From Planctomycetota bacterium (lineage in GTDB: Bacteria; Planctomycetota; PLA2; JAEUHO01): a stretch of DNA of 64,000 bases. How positions within the stretch are numbered: position 1 is the stretch's first letter; each line of letters begins with the position of its first letter. The stretch is from positions 160,001 to 224,000 of the forward strand of contig CBDCWP010000040.1 in assembly GCA_965223505.1 (NCBI GenBank), written 5' to 3'. A program made the translations under genes and the position numbers. The notes beneath the pieces are model-generated. The model was not told the DNA's origin and did no database searches. It saw nothing but the letters and a program-made list of their open reading frames with translations. This document shows positions 42,741-52,747 of the stretch, piece after piece.

Positions 42741-45700
42741 CTACTTCGACGGCAGTGAAACGACGAGGCGGAAGCCGACCGTCCAGTCGACATCACCGTC
42801 AGGTGGCAACCCGCGGCGGCTCGCACATCGGACTTCCCTGGGCGGCGACTTCGACGATCCGCCGCGACACACACGAAGGCTCCCCGAGGATGGTCCCGCC
42901 GGATCCGACAGTGGCGACTTGCTGTAGTAGTCGTGCGCGAACCAGTCCGAACACCACTCGCTCACATTCCCAAGCATGTCGTAGAGACCGAATCGGTTCG
43001 GGCGGTAGGAACCGACGCTCGCATTGACGATGGCACCGTCGTCCTTCGAGAGCGTCGACCACTCCCAACCGGTCGAGAGCCTTGCCTCTTCGTCGGCTGC
43101 ATTCGCATGGAGAGCCGCATCGGCGAGGCCATCGCCCCAGTAGTAGAGCGAGGAGGCACCTGCGCGGCAGGCGTACTCCCATTCGGCTTCCGTCGGCAGG
43201 CGGTAGCTGGAACTTTCGGGCGCGCGTCCGTCCTCTCGCGCGTTGAGCCAAGCAAGATAGCAATCACCCTTGCCGTCGCCACGATCGCCGGCGATGTCCC
43301 GGTAGTTGATCCCAGGCGCCGGCTGCCCGAGATAGAAGAGTTGATAAAGCAATTCGGACTTCGGACCGGGAAGCACGTAGCCGGGGTCATGATCCGACTT
43401 CCACACTCGATACTGGCGGTTGGTCGTCTCCGCGACCTGCATGTAGAACGCGCGCGTGATCCGCACCGTATGTTGCGGGCCCTCATGATCGAGCGGGCTA
43501 CCTGCATCGCCGTCGCTGAAGCGCTTACGCTCCTCAGGCGTGGATCCCATCTTGAACGTGCCGGGCGGAATCAGGACGAATCTCATCCCAATGCCGTTCT
43601 CCCAGGCAACCGGCACACCCCTGCGCTCCGCCTCCGCCGTTTGCTCGTCACTGACGCGGGCCCACTTGGGAGTGCGCGGCTCGTGCGCGGCGAGTGACAC
43701 GGCGAGCCGGAACCCTCCCATCCAACTTGTGGGGTTCACGTCGCTGCGGGTGCTCCTTGCGCCGCAGCGGGTCCGAAAGACCTGGTCCTGGGCGGAAAAA
43801 CCTCGCCGAACCCAGAAGGTGCCACCGATCGGCCCCTGAGGATCGATCGCGTGAGAGACTTCGTAGTATCTGCGGTGGTACCAGTCCGAGCACGTCTCAC
43901 TGACGTTTCCGAGCATGTCGTAGAGACCCCAGCCGTTGGGTCGATACGACCCCACCGGGGCGGCCACGCGATGACCGTCGTCGGCCATCAGGTAGGCACC
44001 CTCAATATCCTCCCCCAACTCAGGCAACAGCTTCCTGGTCTCGACATCGAGCCCGTTCATGTACTGGTGCGCGTCTTCCCCACGATCGCCCCAGAAGTAG
44101 CGTGTCGTAGTTCCGGCTCGGCATGCGAACTCCCACTCTGCCTCCGTAGGAAGCCGGTACCTGACGCGTCGGGGCCCCTTGCTCCACTTCCTGGAATTCA
44201 ACCAGGCAACGAAGCAATCTCCGTCTCCTAGAAGGTGTTCCCCCAAGATCTCGAAGTGGTCGACGCCACAGACCGGCTGCGTATCGCCGTTGAGTGAGTG
44301 CCCCAGGCAGTCCTCGCTGTCGTGGTCTGGCCGCCACTCCCTGTACTGCGCATTTGTGGTCTCCGTAATTTGCAGATAGAAGGCGTGCGAAACCTGCACT
44401 CGATGCTGAGGTGCTTCTTCGGAGTACGCGTCGGTCCACCACTCAATCGACCTCTCCCGCCGCACTTGCTCTCGCTCAGCCTCAGACGTCCCCATCGTGT
44501 AGGTCCCTGGGGGGATCAAGACGAAACGCATTCCGATGTCGTTCTCCCAAGCGACAGGGACTCCCAACCGCTCCGCTTCCGACCTCTGTTCCGCACTGAC
44601 CCCCGCCCAGGCAGGTACCGATCGGCTCTCTCTCTCCCAGGTTTCCAGTTGTGTGCGCGCGCCTTCGTCGATTCTCGCAGTGGGCACGCCCGCATCGACC
44701 GCCGCGTCCAGCTGCTTGCGCGCCTCCGGCCAATCCTTCTCTGTGACTGCCGCGATGAACGCTGCCAGCGGCGCCTCCCACGGTTCAGGCGGTCGTTCGT
44801 AGGTCACGGTTCGCTCGACGACCTCGGAGCGGTTGCCCGCCTCGTCCACCGCCTCGAGTTGAACGGTGATCGCCTCTCCGTCCTTCAAGCCCGTCCGTCG
44901 GATGGTGAACTTCGTCCTGTCCGTCAACGTCTCGATCTGCTCGACGCCGTCCACCAGGAAGCTCGCAAGGTGCTCCTCGATGATCGAGCCTTCGATGACG
45001 AACTCGGGCTGATCGACCGTGTGCGTCGCCTCCGCTGGACTCATGACCGTGATGGCGGGCGCAACCGTGTCGAGAGCTACGGAAGGCTTGCTCGGCCCGC
45101 GCTCGGGTTTCGCGACTTCGATCGGGTCGGTCTTGGACGAGCGATCGAAGACACCACCGAAGTAGAGCGCGGCACCGAGAGCGAGAACGAGCAGTAGCGC
45201 GGTTGCGGGCATCCGCCACCCGCCGCGCACCGCTTCCTCGTCGACGAGGGTCGTGGACTTCGAGATCGGCGGCGCTGCCGGTGTCTCGGCCGCGCCGACC
45301 TTGAACGCCGCGGCAAACGCCCTGCAGTCCGCGAAGCGCTCGTTGCGATCCAGACTGAGCGCTCGCTCGAGAGCGTCCGCGCACCCCTCCGGCACCGTGT
45401 CCACCAGCTCCCGCACCGACGGCGCGGGCTTCACGAGCTTCAGGTTCGCCGTGTCGAACGGCGTCCGGCCCGCCAGCGCCGCAAAGACCGTGCAGGCCAG
45501 CCCGTATTGGTCCGCCCGGGCGTCGATGGTGTCCGCCCCCGCTCCCTCGACAATCTGCTCGGGCGCCGCGTAGCCCGGCGTAAACATTTTGAGCTGCGTT
45601 GCGGTCATCCCAGCGGTTGTGCCGCTGAGCGCCTTCACGATGCCGAAGTCCGAGAGCAACGGCCGACCTTCGGCATTGAACATGATGTTGGCCGGCTTCA

Positions 45701-46121
45701 CGTCGCGGTGAATGACGCCCACACTCGCCACGGAGTCCAGCGCGTCTGCGACCGGCGCGAGCCAACGCAGCACCTCCGCGGGGGTCTGCAGCCGGTCACT
45801 CAGGCGCTCCTCGAGCGTACCGCCGCTCAGATAGGCCATGACGAAGAAAGGGAGGCCCCGGTGTTCGCCTTGGTCGTAGATGTGGACGACGCCCTGCAGG
45901 TGTCGCAGTCGGATCTGCTGCGTGATCTCCTTCTCGAACTTGCGCTTCATCGCCGGCGTAACGAGCAGCTCCGCCTTGGGCACCTTGATGGCGACCGAGT
46001 CATCGTCCATGCGGTGGTCGATCGCCCGGTAGACGTCCGCCATGCCGCCGCCGCCTAGGCGTTCCACCACCTCGTAGCGGTCGAGCAGCGTCGCTCCGAG
46101 AAACTCCGTCGACTCACCCAT
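42741..46121 (-). CDS. Ser/Thr kinase - TM - Ig-like - two FGE-sulfatase domains (paralogue 2)
   Basis: Same kinase motifs as paralogue 1; two RLPTEAEWE(F/Y)ACRAG; ends GFRLVVSLPSK. Confidence 0.93.
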   Translation of the reverse strand: MGESTEFLGATLLDRYEVVERLGGGGMADVYRAIDHRMDDDSVAIKVPKAELLVTPAMKRKFEKEITQQIRLRHLQGVVHIYDQGEHRGLPFFVMAYLSGGTLEERLSDRLQTPAEVLRWLAPVADALDSVASVGVIHRDVKPANIMFNAEGRPLLSDFGIVKALSGTTAGMTATQLKMFTPGYAAPEQIVEGAGADTIDARADQYGLACTVFAALAGRTPFDTANLKLVKPAPSVRELVDTVPEGCADALERALSLDRNERFADCRAFAAAFKVGAAETPAAPPISKSTTLVDEEAVRGGWRMPATALLLVLALGAALYFGGVFDRSSKTDPIEVAKPERGPSKPSVALDTVAPAITVMSPAEATHTVDQPEFVIEGSIIEEHLASFLVDGVEQIETLTDRTKFTIRRTGLKDGEAITVQLEAVDEAGNRSEVVERTVTYERPPEPWEAPLAAFIAAVTEKDWPEARKQLDAAVDAGVPTARIDEGARTQLETWERESRSVPAWAGVSAEQRSEAERLGVPVAWENDIGMRFVLIPPGTYTMGTSEAEREQVRRERSIEWWTDAYSEEAPQHRVQVSHAFYLQITETTNAQYREWRPDHDSEDCLGHSLNGDTQPVCGVDHFEILGEHLLGDGDCFVAWLNSRKWSKGPRRVRYRLPTEAEWEFACRAGTTTRYFWGDRGEDAHQYMNGLDVETRKLLPELGEDIEGAYLMADDGHRVAAPVGSYRPNGWGLYDMLGNVSETCSDWYHRRYYEVSHAIDPQGPIGGTFWVRRGFSAQDQVFRTRCGARSTRSDVNPTSWMGGFRLAVSLAAHEPRTPKWARVSDEQTAEAERRGVPVAWENGIGMRFVLIPPGTFKMGSTPEERKRFSDGDAGSPLDHEGPQHTVRITRAFYMQVAETTNRQYRVWKSDHDPGYVLPGPKSELLYQLFYLGQPAPGINYRDIAGDRGDGKGDCYLAWLNAREDGRAPESSSYRLPTEAEWEYACRAGASSLYYWGDGLADAALHANAADEEARLSTGWEWSTLSKDDGAIVNASVGSYRPNRFGLYDMLGNVSEWCSDWFAHDYYSKSPLSDPAGPSSGSLRVCRGGSSKSPPREVRCASRRGLPPDGDVDWTVGFRLVVSLPSK

Positions 46122-46293
46122 TCGTCATCCAAGTCAGAACGGCCGTGAGTATAGCGACCTCCTAGCAATGGCGCCCGTCGCAGAGTCGTCGCCTGAGTGC
46201 GCACTACTCCTCACAGAGTCGTCTCGGCCCTTTCCGCGCACCGGCGCGCATCGCGCTGTACAGAGCGAGGTGCAAGGCCGCTATAGTTCGAGG

Positions 46294-46725
46294 ATGAAGA
46301 TCTGGCTGAATTGTAGCTGTGGGAAGCTGTATCGCGTCGGTTCGGCGAAAGCGGGAACGTCAATACGCTGTCACGCCTGTGGCAACGAGCTCGCGGTTCC
46401 CGACCCGCGCAAGATCGCCGTGGGAGACGAGCCGCCGGACACCGGCGCCGTTCTTCGTTGGCTGGAGACCCAGTACGAGCTCGGCGCCTCGCGTGAGGAG
46501 TTGATCGAGCAGTTCAGCGAGATCACGAGCGCTCCGTCGGGAGCTGCGTACCTGGTGGACGACTTGATCGCCGCAATGGAGGCAAGGGAGGCGGCGAGTC
46601 GGGAGCCCATCGTCGTGCGAAGACGCAGCAATGGAGGCGGAATGCAGTGGGTCGTCTGGCTGTCGATTCTCGTTGGAATCAACCTGCTTAGCGCTATCTT
46701 CGACTGGGGTTTCTGGTTGTACTGA
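46294..46725 (+). CDS. Zinc-ribbon protein with C-terminal TM helix
   Basis: CSCG..CHACG; C-terminal hydrophobic helix. Confidence 0.7.
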   Translation: MKIWLNCSCGKLYRVGSAKAGTSIRCHACGNELAVPDPRKIAVGDEPPDTGAVLRWLETQYELGASREELIEQFSEITSAPSGAAYLVDDLIAAMEAREAASREPIVVRRRSNGGGMQWVVWLSILVGINLLSAIFDWGFWLY

Positions 46726-46727
46726 CG

Positions 46728-47318
46728 GTGTCGTTCGATCGCGCCCGCGTCCTGGACCTTTTGCTCGCAGCCTCCGTCGTGGGGTGGTCGATCAACGCTG
46801 TCGTGGACCGCAGCGGGAGTCTTTGGATTTGGACGTTCGTTGTGCACGCGACCGTGGCCGGCCTGATCGCGTTCCGCCGAAGATCAACTCAGTTCGCGGG
46901 GCTATCCGATGTGCTTGTTTGTCTACCGTCCCTCACGGTGGGCGCGGCCGTCGTCTTCCTCGGCGACCGATTGCAGTTGAGCCCTCCGCTTCGCGCCGCC
47001 ACCGTGGTTGCGGCGCTTTGGATACTCGCCAGCTACCTTTCGCTTGGGCGTTCGTTCGGCGTGCTGCCGGCGGACCGCGGGCTGGTTCGAGCCGGCCCGT
47101 ATCGACTGGTCCGCCACCCTGCGTACCTGGGTCACGTGCTGATGGCCGGATGCCTTGGCGCGGCGGTGTCCCCCGTGATCGGTCTCGTCGCGGCCGCAGG
47201 TCTCGCGCTATGCGTCGTCCCGAGGTTGAAGGCGGAGGAGGCGCGACTCGGACGGAGGCACGACTACGCGGGCTACGTCAGGACCGTCCGGTTTCGCCTG
47301 ATTCCGGGCGTCTGGTAG
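46728..47318 (+). CDS. Isoprenylcysteine carboxyl methyltransferase (ICMT/PEMT)-family membrane protein
   Basis: LGRSFG..LVRAGPYRLVRHPAYLG, AEEARL, RFRLIPGVW. Confidence 0.85.
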   Translation: MSFDRARVLDLLLAASVVGWSINAVVDRSGSLWIWTFVVHATVAGLIAFRRRSTQFAGLSDVLVCLPSLTVGAAVVFLGDRLQLSPPLRAATVVAALWILASYLSLGRSFGVLPADRGLVRAGPYRLVRHPAYLGHVLMAGCLGAAVSPVIGLVAAAGLALCVVPRLKAEEARLGRRHDYAGYVRTVRFRLIPGVW

Positions 47319-47346
47319 GGGTCTCTCCGGCAGCGGCAGCCACTGA

Positions 47347-47571
47347 TCACAACCGCGTGGCGAGTATCAGAGCGACGATTCCGGCTATGAGACCGACCAC
47401 ACCGCCAATGCGATACCCGAGCACCTGCGACCTCGACGGCTCGCGGCCGTCATTGTGATGCCGCCACCAGAATTCCGGCCAGACAATGAGCGTGACGCTG
47501 AGCGCGATGATGAGGATCACGACCACGTACGAGAGGATGACGACACCGTTCGCGCCGAGAGTGAAGCTCAT
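47347..47571 (-). CDS. Small 2-TM membrane protein
   Basis: Two hydrophobic helices flanking WPEFWW..EPS. Confidence 0.6.
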   Translation of the reverse strand: MSFTLGANGVVILSYVVVILIIALSVTLIVWPEFWWRHHNDGREPSRSQVLGYRIGGVVGLIAGIVALILATRL

Positions 47572-47587
47572 TATGAAATGCTCCCGG

Positions 47588-50500
47588 TCATTTGGACGCC
47601 CCCAGACTCGCGAGCCAGTTCAGGTCGCCCAAGTCGGTGATCTCGTACGCACTCTCAAGACGATCGACCTTCTCCTTCCCAATCGCCTCTTCCAACTTCT
47701 TCTGATGCTCGAGCCGTAGCGGGATCATCTCTCCGAGCTTCTCGATGATCAGAGGGAAGTACTTGGCGGCCGCGGCGGGCCGCTTCGACTCATCCTGACG
47801 GGCCTCTTCGAGCTCACGGCGTACGTCATCGGCCGACGTGCTCCCATCGGCAAGAAGCTCATAGACGGCGGACATCGTCTCGCGAGTGATGCGGCGAACG
47901 GATTCTTGCTCCTCGGCTGTGAGACCGAGATCCGCAGCCGCGTGTGCGAGCGTGACCTTCTTTCTGGGATGCTCGATGGTGACTGCAAGACGGAAGCCCA
48001 ATGTGCCTTCCGAGAGCGGCAAACTGCGTTCAGCGGGTTTGGCGCTTGCGCGGTTCGAAGACCGCAAGACGTACCATGAAGCACGCCAACTTCCGCCGCG
48101 GAGCGCGCGCACCGGAGTCTCGGTTCCGGGGGTCGCGACCCTCGGGTCGGCCTTGGGCGAGGACTTGTAGTAGGAGGGGTCGTACCAATCAGCGACCCAC
48201 TCCCAAACGTTGCCCAGCATGTCGTAAATGCCGAAGCCGTTCGGAAGATAGGACGCAACAGGCGCACTCACGGCATGCCCGTCATCTTCGGGGAATCCCT
48301 GCGACCATCCGGCGTTGGCGTATCGATGCCCGATTTCATGGCTTTCTCCCCAGAAGAACGGCTTCGAAGACCCGGCACGGCACGCGTACTCCCACTCGGC
48401 TTCGGAGGGAAGGCGGTATGCCATGCGGTCCGGCGTCCCGGGCTCGAACCGGTTGTTCAACCAGTCGAGAAAACAGTCGCCATCGCCGTCGCCCTTCGTT
48501 CCGGCGATGTCATGGTGGCTCACGTGGACGGCGGGCTGTTCGTCTCGATTCAGGCTCTGGCTATGGCTGGTGCCGCTGTCGTGACCGGACTTCCAATGCC
48601 TGAACTGCGCATTACTGACTTCCGTGGTCTGCAGGTAGAACGCGCGGGTGATCTGCACCTCGTGCCGGGGAAACTCCTGGCGGTACCAGTCCCTCTGCTG
48701 GCTTGGCTCCGCCTCGATGATGTCTTCGATCTCCTCGTCCGTGGCTCCCATCATGAACGTACCCGGCGGAATCAGGACGAACCGCATTCCGAGGTCGTTC
48801 TCCCACGCCACAGGAACGCCGAGCCGTCTCGCCTCGCGCTTCTGCTCGTCGTTGACCATTGCCCAGGAAGGAACTCCCTGATTCGCCTCCCAGTCTTCGA
48901 GCCTCTTTCGCAACTCGGACGGGATCTGCGACTCCGGAACGCCTGCCTTGATCGCGGCGTCCAGTTGCTTGCGAGCCTCCGGCCAATTCTCCTGCTCGGC
49001 CGCTCCACGAAACGCCGCGAGCGGTAACTCCCAGGCGGCGCGCTGCCGCGCTGCCGGCGTTGGCAGTGACGCCACAAGGCGAAAGCCCAAGCAGCCGTGC
49101 CCCGGGGGCTTCTGGCCATCGCGCCGCGCGTGTCGATACTCGCGGCTGTGGCTACAGGCTCCCTTGGTCACACGCACAGCACCCGTCGCGGGCCCCATCG
49201 GATCGATCGACGAACCCGGCCGGAAAGGCGCAAACCAGTCACTACACATCTCGTTCACGCTCGCGACCTGATCGTAGATGCCCCATGGACTCGGCCGGTA
49301 GCTGCCGACATTCCCTTGCGAAAACGACCCCGAGCTTGGGTCGATCTCGTCCCCGCCGTACGGACGCGCGCCCGCACCGTCATCGCCCCAAAAGTAGATC
49401 GTGTCGGTTCCCGCTCGAGCCGCGTGCTCCCACTCCGCCTCCGTTGGGAGGCGGTACCTCGTCGCCCCGTCGGCACGCTCAGTCAGCCATGTGGCGAACT
49501 CCATCGCCTCGACATGCGTGATGCAAGTTGCCGGCTGCTCGTCTCCGTTGATCTCATACGCGTTCTCGATGCGATCGCGTTCCACGTCCTTGAACGCGCT
49601 GACGTGCTCCGGCCGCCAGCGACGATACTCACGATTCGTGACTTCCGTGATCTGCAGGTAATACGCTTTCGTCAGCGTCACGCGATGGATCTGCTCATCG
49701 CTCGCCTTGTGATCCTCTGTTGCGACAGCGCCAGGACGCCGGCCCATGCGAAACGTCCCCGACGGAATCAGGACGAAGCGCATGCCAATCTCGTTTTCGA
49801 AGGCGACGGGGACGCCGAGCCTCTCGGCCGCGACCTTCTGTTCGTCGGAGACCTTCGCCCACGCCAACTCTGGAGAGGCCTTGGCCGGTGACGCTTCTCG
49901 AGGACGCTTCAATGGCAGCGGAAACCGATCTCTCATGTCACGCGCAACGTCCGCAAGCTCATCGCGCAGCTTCCTAAGCCGACGTTCGTCGCTGCTCGTC
50001 AGCTTCCCTTTGCGGGTCCACTTCTCCTCGGACATGCGCAGGGCATTGGCCAACTTCGTGACTTCCGACAAGTCCTTGAGGTGACGCTTGACTTCACGAT
50101 CGAGACTCTTGTCGTAGACCCTGTTCGCGTACTTCTTTAACGCGCCATAGAGACTCGACACCTTCACCCTCGTCAGAGCGTAGACGTGGTCTCCTCCGTC
50201 ACCTGGTAGCAGTGCCGCCGGGGTCACGAACACCAGCCGGGGAACGTCCCTCTTGTAGTCGCCTGACAAGAGAGGATCCAGGTTGGCGTCCTCGGGTGTC
50301 ATCCGAAGGGTCCGAAACGCCTGCAGGCCCAAGCTGACCTTGTGGTCCGGGAACACGATTAGCTCGATCTTCTCCGAGTCGCTGTCGTCCTTCTCGTTCC
50401 GCACGTAGATCAGTAGCGGCTTGTCGACCGGTGTCGCAAGAACCACCTTCCCGTCGGAATCCACCTTGGCGATCCGCGTGACCCGCTCCCAGGCGACTGT

Positions 50501-52384
50501 TGTTGTCTCTTGGCCTGGAACGCGGGCCACGACAACCGACGACCCATGGACCCAGGCCGGCAGCGGGGGCTCCAAGGTGACGTTGACGGCGCGGGCAATA
50601 CGCTGTTCGTTCACCTCGATGTCGCGAACGACGCATTCGATGCTGACGGGACCGTAGGCCTCGAACGCGAGCTCGACGGAGAACTTGCCGTCCTCCACGG
50701 CGGCCACCTTGCCACCGACTGTGAGTTGATCTGAGGGGCGCGGCGTGTCGAGCGTGCCCGTGACGGTCAGGGAGAGTCCCTCGACCAGATCGCTGCTTGC
50801 GGGGGAGTTGATCGTCAGAGCGGGCGGAAGCGCCTCCCATGTTTCGATGCCGCGTTCCAACCACGCAGGAAGCGCCACAAGTGGTGCGCCCGCACTCACG
50901 GCTGCCTTCAGGTGCTTGCGGGCGGCGTACCAGTCCTCCGTCTCCCCCTCGGCAATCGCCTCCGCCAACGGCGCCTCCCAGGGCTTTGCCGGACGCACGT
51001 AGGTCGCGGTTCGGCCGGCTGTGGCGCGATTGCCGGCCTCGTCCACAGCAACGATCTGAATCGTCGTTGCCTTGCCCTCCTCGAGCGTTCGCCGAATCGT
51101 GAAGCGGGCGCCGTCCTGAAGCGTCTCGATCTGCTCCACGTCATCGACGAGGAAGCTCGCGAGATGCTCGTCGACAACCGTTCCGACGATCACGAGCTCA
51201 GGACGATCTACGGTCTGAACGAGGTCTTCGGGACTCGTGATCGTGATCACCGGCGTCGTCGTGTCGGGTGGAGGCGCAGGGGGAATCGGATCAGGCCCCG
51301 GTTCAGGGTCGGGTTCCGTCTGCGGCTCCGGATCGGGTTCCGTAGCCGGTCCTTCGTCGCTGACAGTGACCGGTTCGCCCTTCGGTTCCTGGTGCGCGAA
51401 GAGGTAGCCGTAGCCGACGTAGATCCCGGCGGCGATCACCGCTCCGAGGAGCAGCGCAAAGACGACACGGGATCTCGGTTTCGCCTCGGGCCCGACCGCC
51501 GCGGTCGTCCGGGCCGTCTTCGCGGGCTTCTTGCGCTTCGGAGGAGACGCCTTCACGAGCCCGGCCTCGAACGCCTTCGCGAACGCCGTGCAGTTCTCGA
51601 AGCGCTCGTCCGGATCGCGCTTCAGTGTCTTGCCGATCGCGTCAGCGCACGCCATCGGAACGGTGCCGACGAGCTCGCGCACCGACGGCGCCGGCTTCAT
51701 GAGCTTGAGGTTCGCCGTCTTGAACGGCGTTCGGCCTGCCAGAGCCGCGAACACCGTGCAGCCGAGCGCGTATTGGTCGGCGCGACCGTCGATCGTGTCG
51801 GCACCCGCACCCTCGACGATCTGTTCCGGCGACGCGTAGCCCGGCGTGAACATCTTGAGCTGCGTCGCCGTCATTCCGGCCGTCGTGCCGCTCAAGGCCT
51901 TGACGATGCCAAAGTCCGAGAGCATCGGGCGGCCGTCCGCGTCGAACAGGATGTTCGCCGGCTTCACGTCGCGATGGACGACCCCGATCTTGGCGACGGC
52001 GTCGAGCGCCTCGGCGACCGGCAGGAGCCACGCGCAGACCTCTTCCGGGGTCTGCAAGTTGCTGCCAAGCCGGTCTTCGAGGGCGCCGCCGCCGAGATAG
52101 GCCATGACGAAAAAGGGCATGCCCTCGTGCTCGCCCTGGTCGTAGATGTGGACGACGCCGGGCAGATGGCGCAGTCGAATCTGCTGCTTGATCTCCTTCT
52201 CGAACTTTCGCTTGAGCGCCGGCGTGACGAGCAACTCTTCCTTGGGAACCTTGATGGCAACCGAATCATCGTCCATGCGGTGGTCGATCGCGCGATAGAC
52301 GTCCGCCATGCCCCCGCCACCAAGGCGTTCCACGACCTCGTAGCGGTCGAGCAGCGTCGCACCGATGAATACCGACTCGCTCAT
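47588..52384 (-). CDS. Ser/Thr kinase - TM - Ig-like - inserted domain - two FGE-sulfatase domains - helical tail (paralogue 3)
   Basis: Same kinase motifs; RLPTEAEWEHAARAG and RLPSEAEWEYACRAG. Confidence 0.93.
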   Translation of the reverse strand: MSESVFIGATLLDRYEVVERLGGGGMADVYRAIDHRMDDDSVAIKVPKEELLVTPALKRKFEKEIKQQIRLRHLPGVVHIYDQGEHEGMPFFVMAYLGGGALEDRLGSNLQTPEEVCAWLLPVAEALDAVAKIGVVHRDVKPANILFDADGRPMLSDFGIVKALSGTTAGMTATQLKMFTPGYASPEQIVEGAGADTIDGRADQYALGCTVFAALAGRTPFKTANLKLMKPAPSVRELVGTVPMACADAIGKTLKRDPDERFENCTAFAKAFEAGLVKASPPKRKKPAKTARTTAAVGPEAKPRSRVVFALLLGAVIAAGIYVGYGYLFAHQEPKGEPVTVSDEGPATEPDPEPQTEPDPEPGPDPIPPAPPPDTTTPVITITSPEDLVQTVDRPELVIVGTVVDEHLASFLVDDVEQIETLQDGARFTIRRTLEEGKATTIQIVAVDEAGNRATAGRTATYVRPAKPWEAPLAEAIAEGETEDWYAARKHLKAAVSAGAPLVALPAWLERGIETWEALPPALTINSPASSDLVEGLSLTVTGTLDTPRPSDQLTVGGKVAAVEDGKFSVELAFEAYGPVSIECVVRDIEVNEQRIARAVNVTLEPPLPAWVHGSSVVVARVPGQETTTVAWERVTRIAKVDSDGKVVLATPVDKPLLIYVRNEKDDSDSEKIELIVFPDHKVSLGLQAFRTLRMTPEDANLDPLLSGDYKRDVPRLVFVTPAALLPGDGGDHVYALTRVKVSSLYGALKKYANRVYDKSLDREVKRHLKDLSEVTKLANALRMSEEKWTRKGKLTSSDERRLRKLRDELADVARDMRDRFPLPLKRPREASPAKASPELAWAKVSDEQKVAAERLGVPVAFENEIGMRFVLIPSGTFRMGRRPGAVATEDHKASDEQIHRVTLTKAYYLQITEVTNREYRRWRPEHVSAFKDVERDRIENAYEINGDEQPATCITHVEAMEFATWLTERADGATRYRLPTEAEWEHAARAGTDTIYFWGDDGAGARPYGGDEIDPSSGSFSQGNVGSYRPSPWGIYDQVASVNEMCSDWFAPFRPGSSIDPMGPATGAVRVTKGACSHSREYRHARRDGQKPPGHGCLGFRLVASLPTPAARQRAAWELPLAAFRGAAEQENWPEARKQLDAAIKAGVPESQIPSELRKRLEDWEANQGVPSWAMVNDEQKREARRLGVPVAWENDLGMRFVLIPPGTFMMGATDEEIEDIIEAEPSQQRDWYRQEFPRHEVQITRAFYLQTTEVSNAQFRHWKSGHDSGTSHSQSLNRDEQPAVHVSHHDIAGTKGDGDGDCFLDWLNNRFEPGTPDRMAYRLPSEAEWEYACRAGSSKPFFWGESHEIGHRYANAGWSQGFPEDDGHAVSAPVASYLPNGFGIYDMLGNVWEWVADWYDPSYYKSSPKADPRVATPGTETPVRALRGGSWRASWYVLRSSNRASAKPAERSLPLSEGTLGFRLAVTIEHPRKKVTLAHAAADLGLTAEEQESVRRITRETMSAVYELLADGSTSADDVRRELEEARQDESKRPAAAAKYFPLIIEKLGEMIPLRLEHQKKLEEAIGKEKVDRLESAYEITDLGDLNWLASLGASK

Positions 52385-52626
52385 TCGTCATCCAGCTTGC
52401 TAGCCGCAAGAGAATACGAAAGCGACGCCACGATCCAAGCGTCGGGAGTCGGTGCGTGAAATGACCCGGCAATTCGACGGTCGATTCGAAGTTTCGTGAC
52501 GACGGCGACCCATTGGCGTCCCGCGGCTCAGGCACCCGCTGACCGAGGCGCTTCGGCCGAGGCTCAGGAGACTCGAGTCGGCGAACTGCACAACGCGGCG
52601 GCGTCCTCGGGGCCACCGAAGTGTGG

Positions 52627-52698
52627 AAAAAGAGCCGGGCAACGGACCCGGAGCGGTGGGAGTACGCTCCGGTGGAGATCAGCGATGGGGCGTTGCCC
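52627..52698 (-). terminator. Putative intrinsic terminator downstream of 52748-55540
   Basis: Nested stems GGGCAACG/CGTTGCCC and CCGGAGCG/CGCTCCGG followed by CTCTTTTT on the minus strand. Confidence 0.45.
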
Positions 52699-52747
52699 AA
52701 TCGACTTCGAGGGTGTCAGAGGTTCGGTATCCGGTGCCCGGCGTCAG

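Noticed and set aside
36040..52384. Diversity-generating retroelement acting on the FGE domains
   Set aside because: No reverse transcriptase, Avd-like gene or AAC-rich template repeat in the window; only a trans-acting DGR remains possible
28744..52384. Prophage
   Set aside because: No structural, terminase, replication or lysis genes
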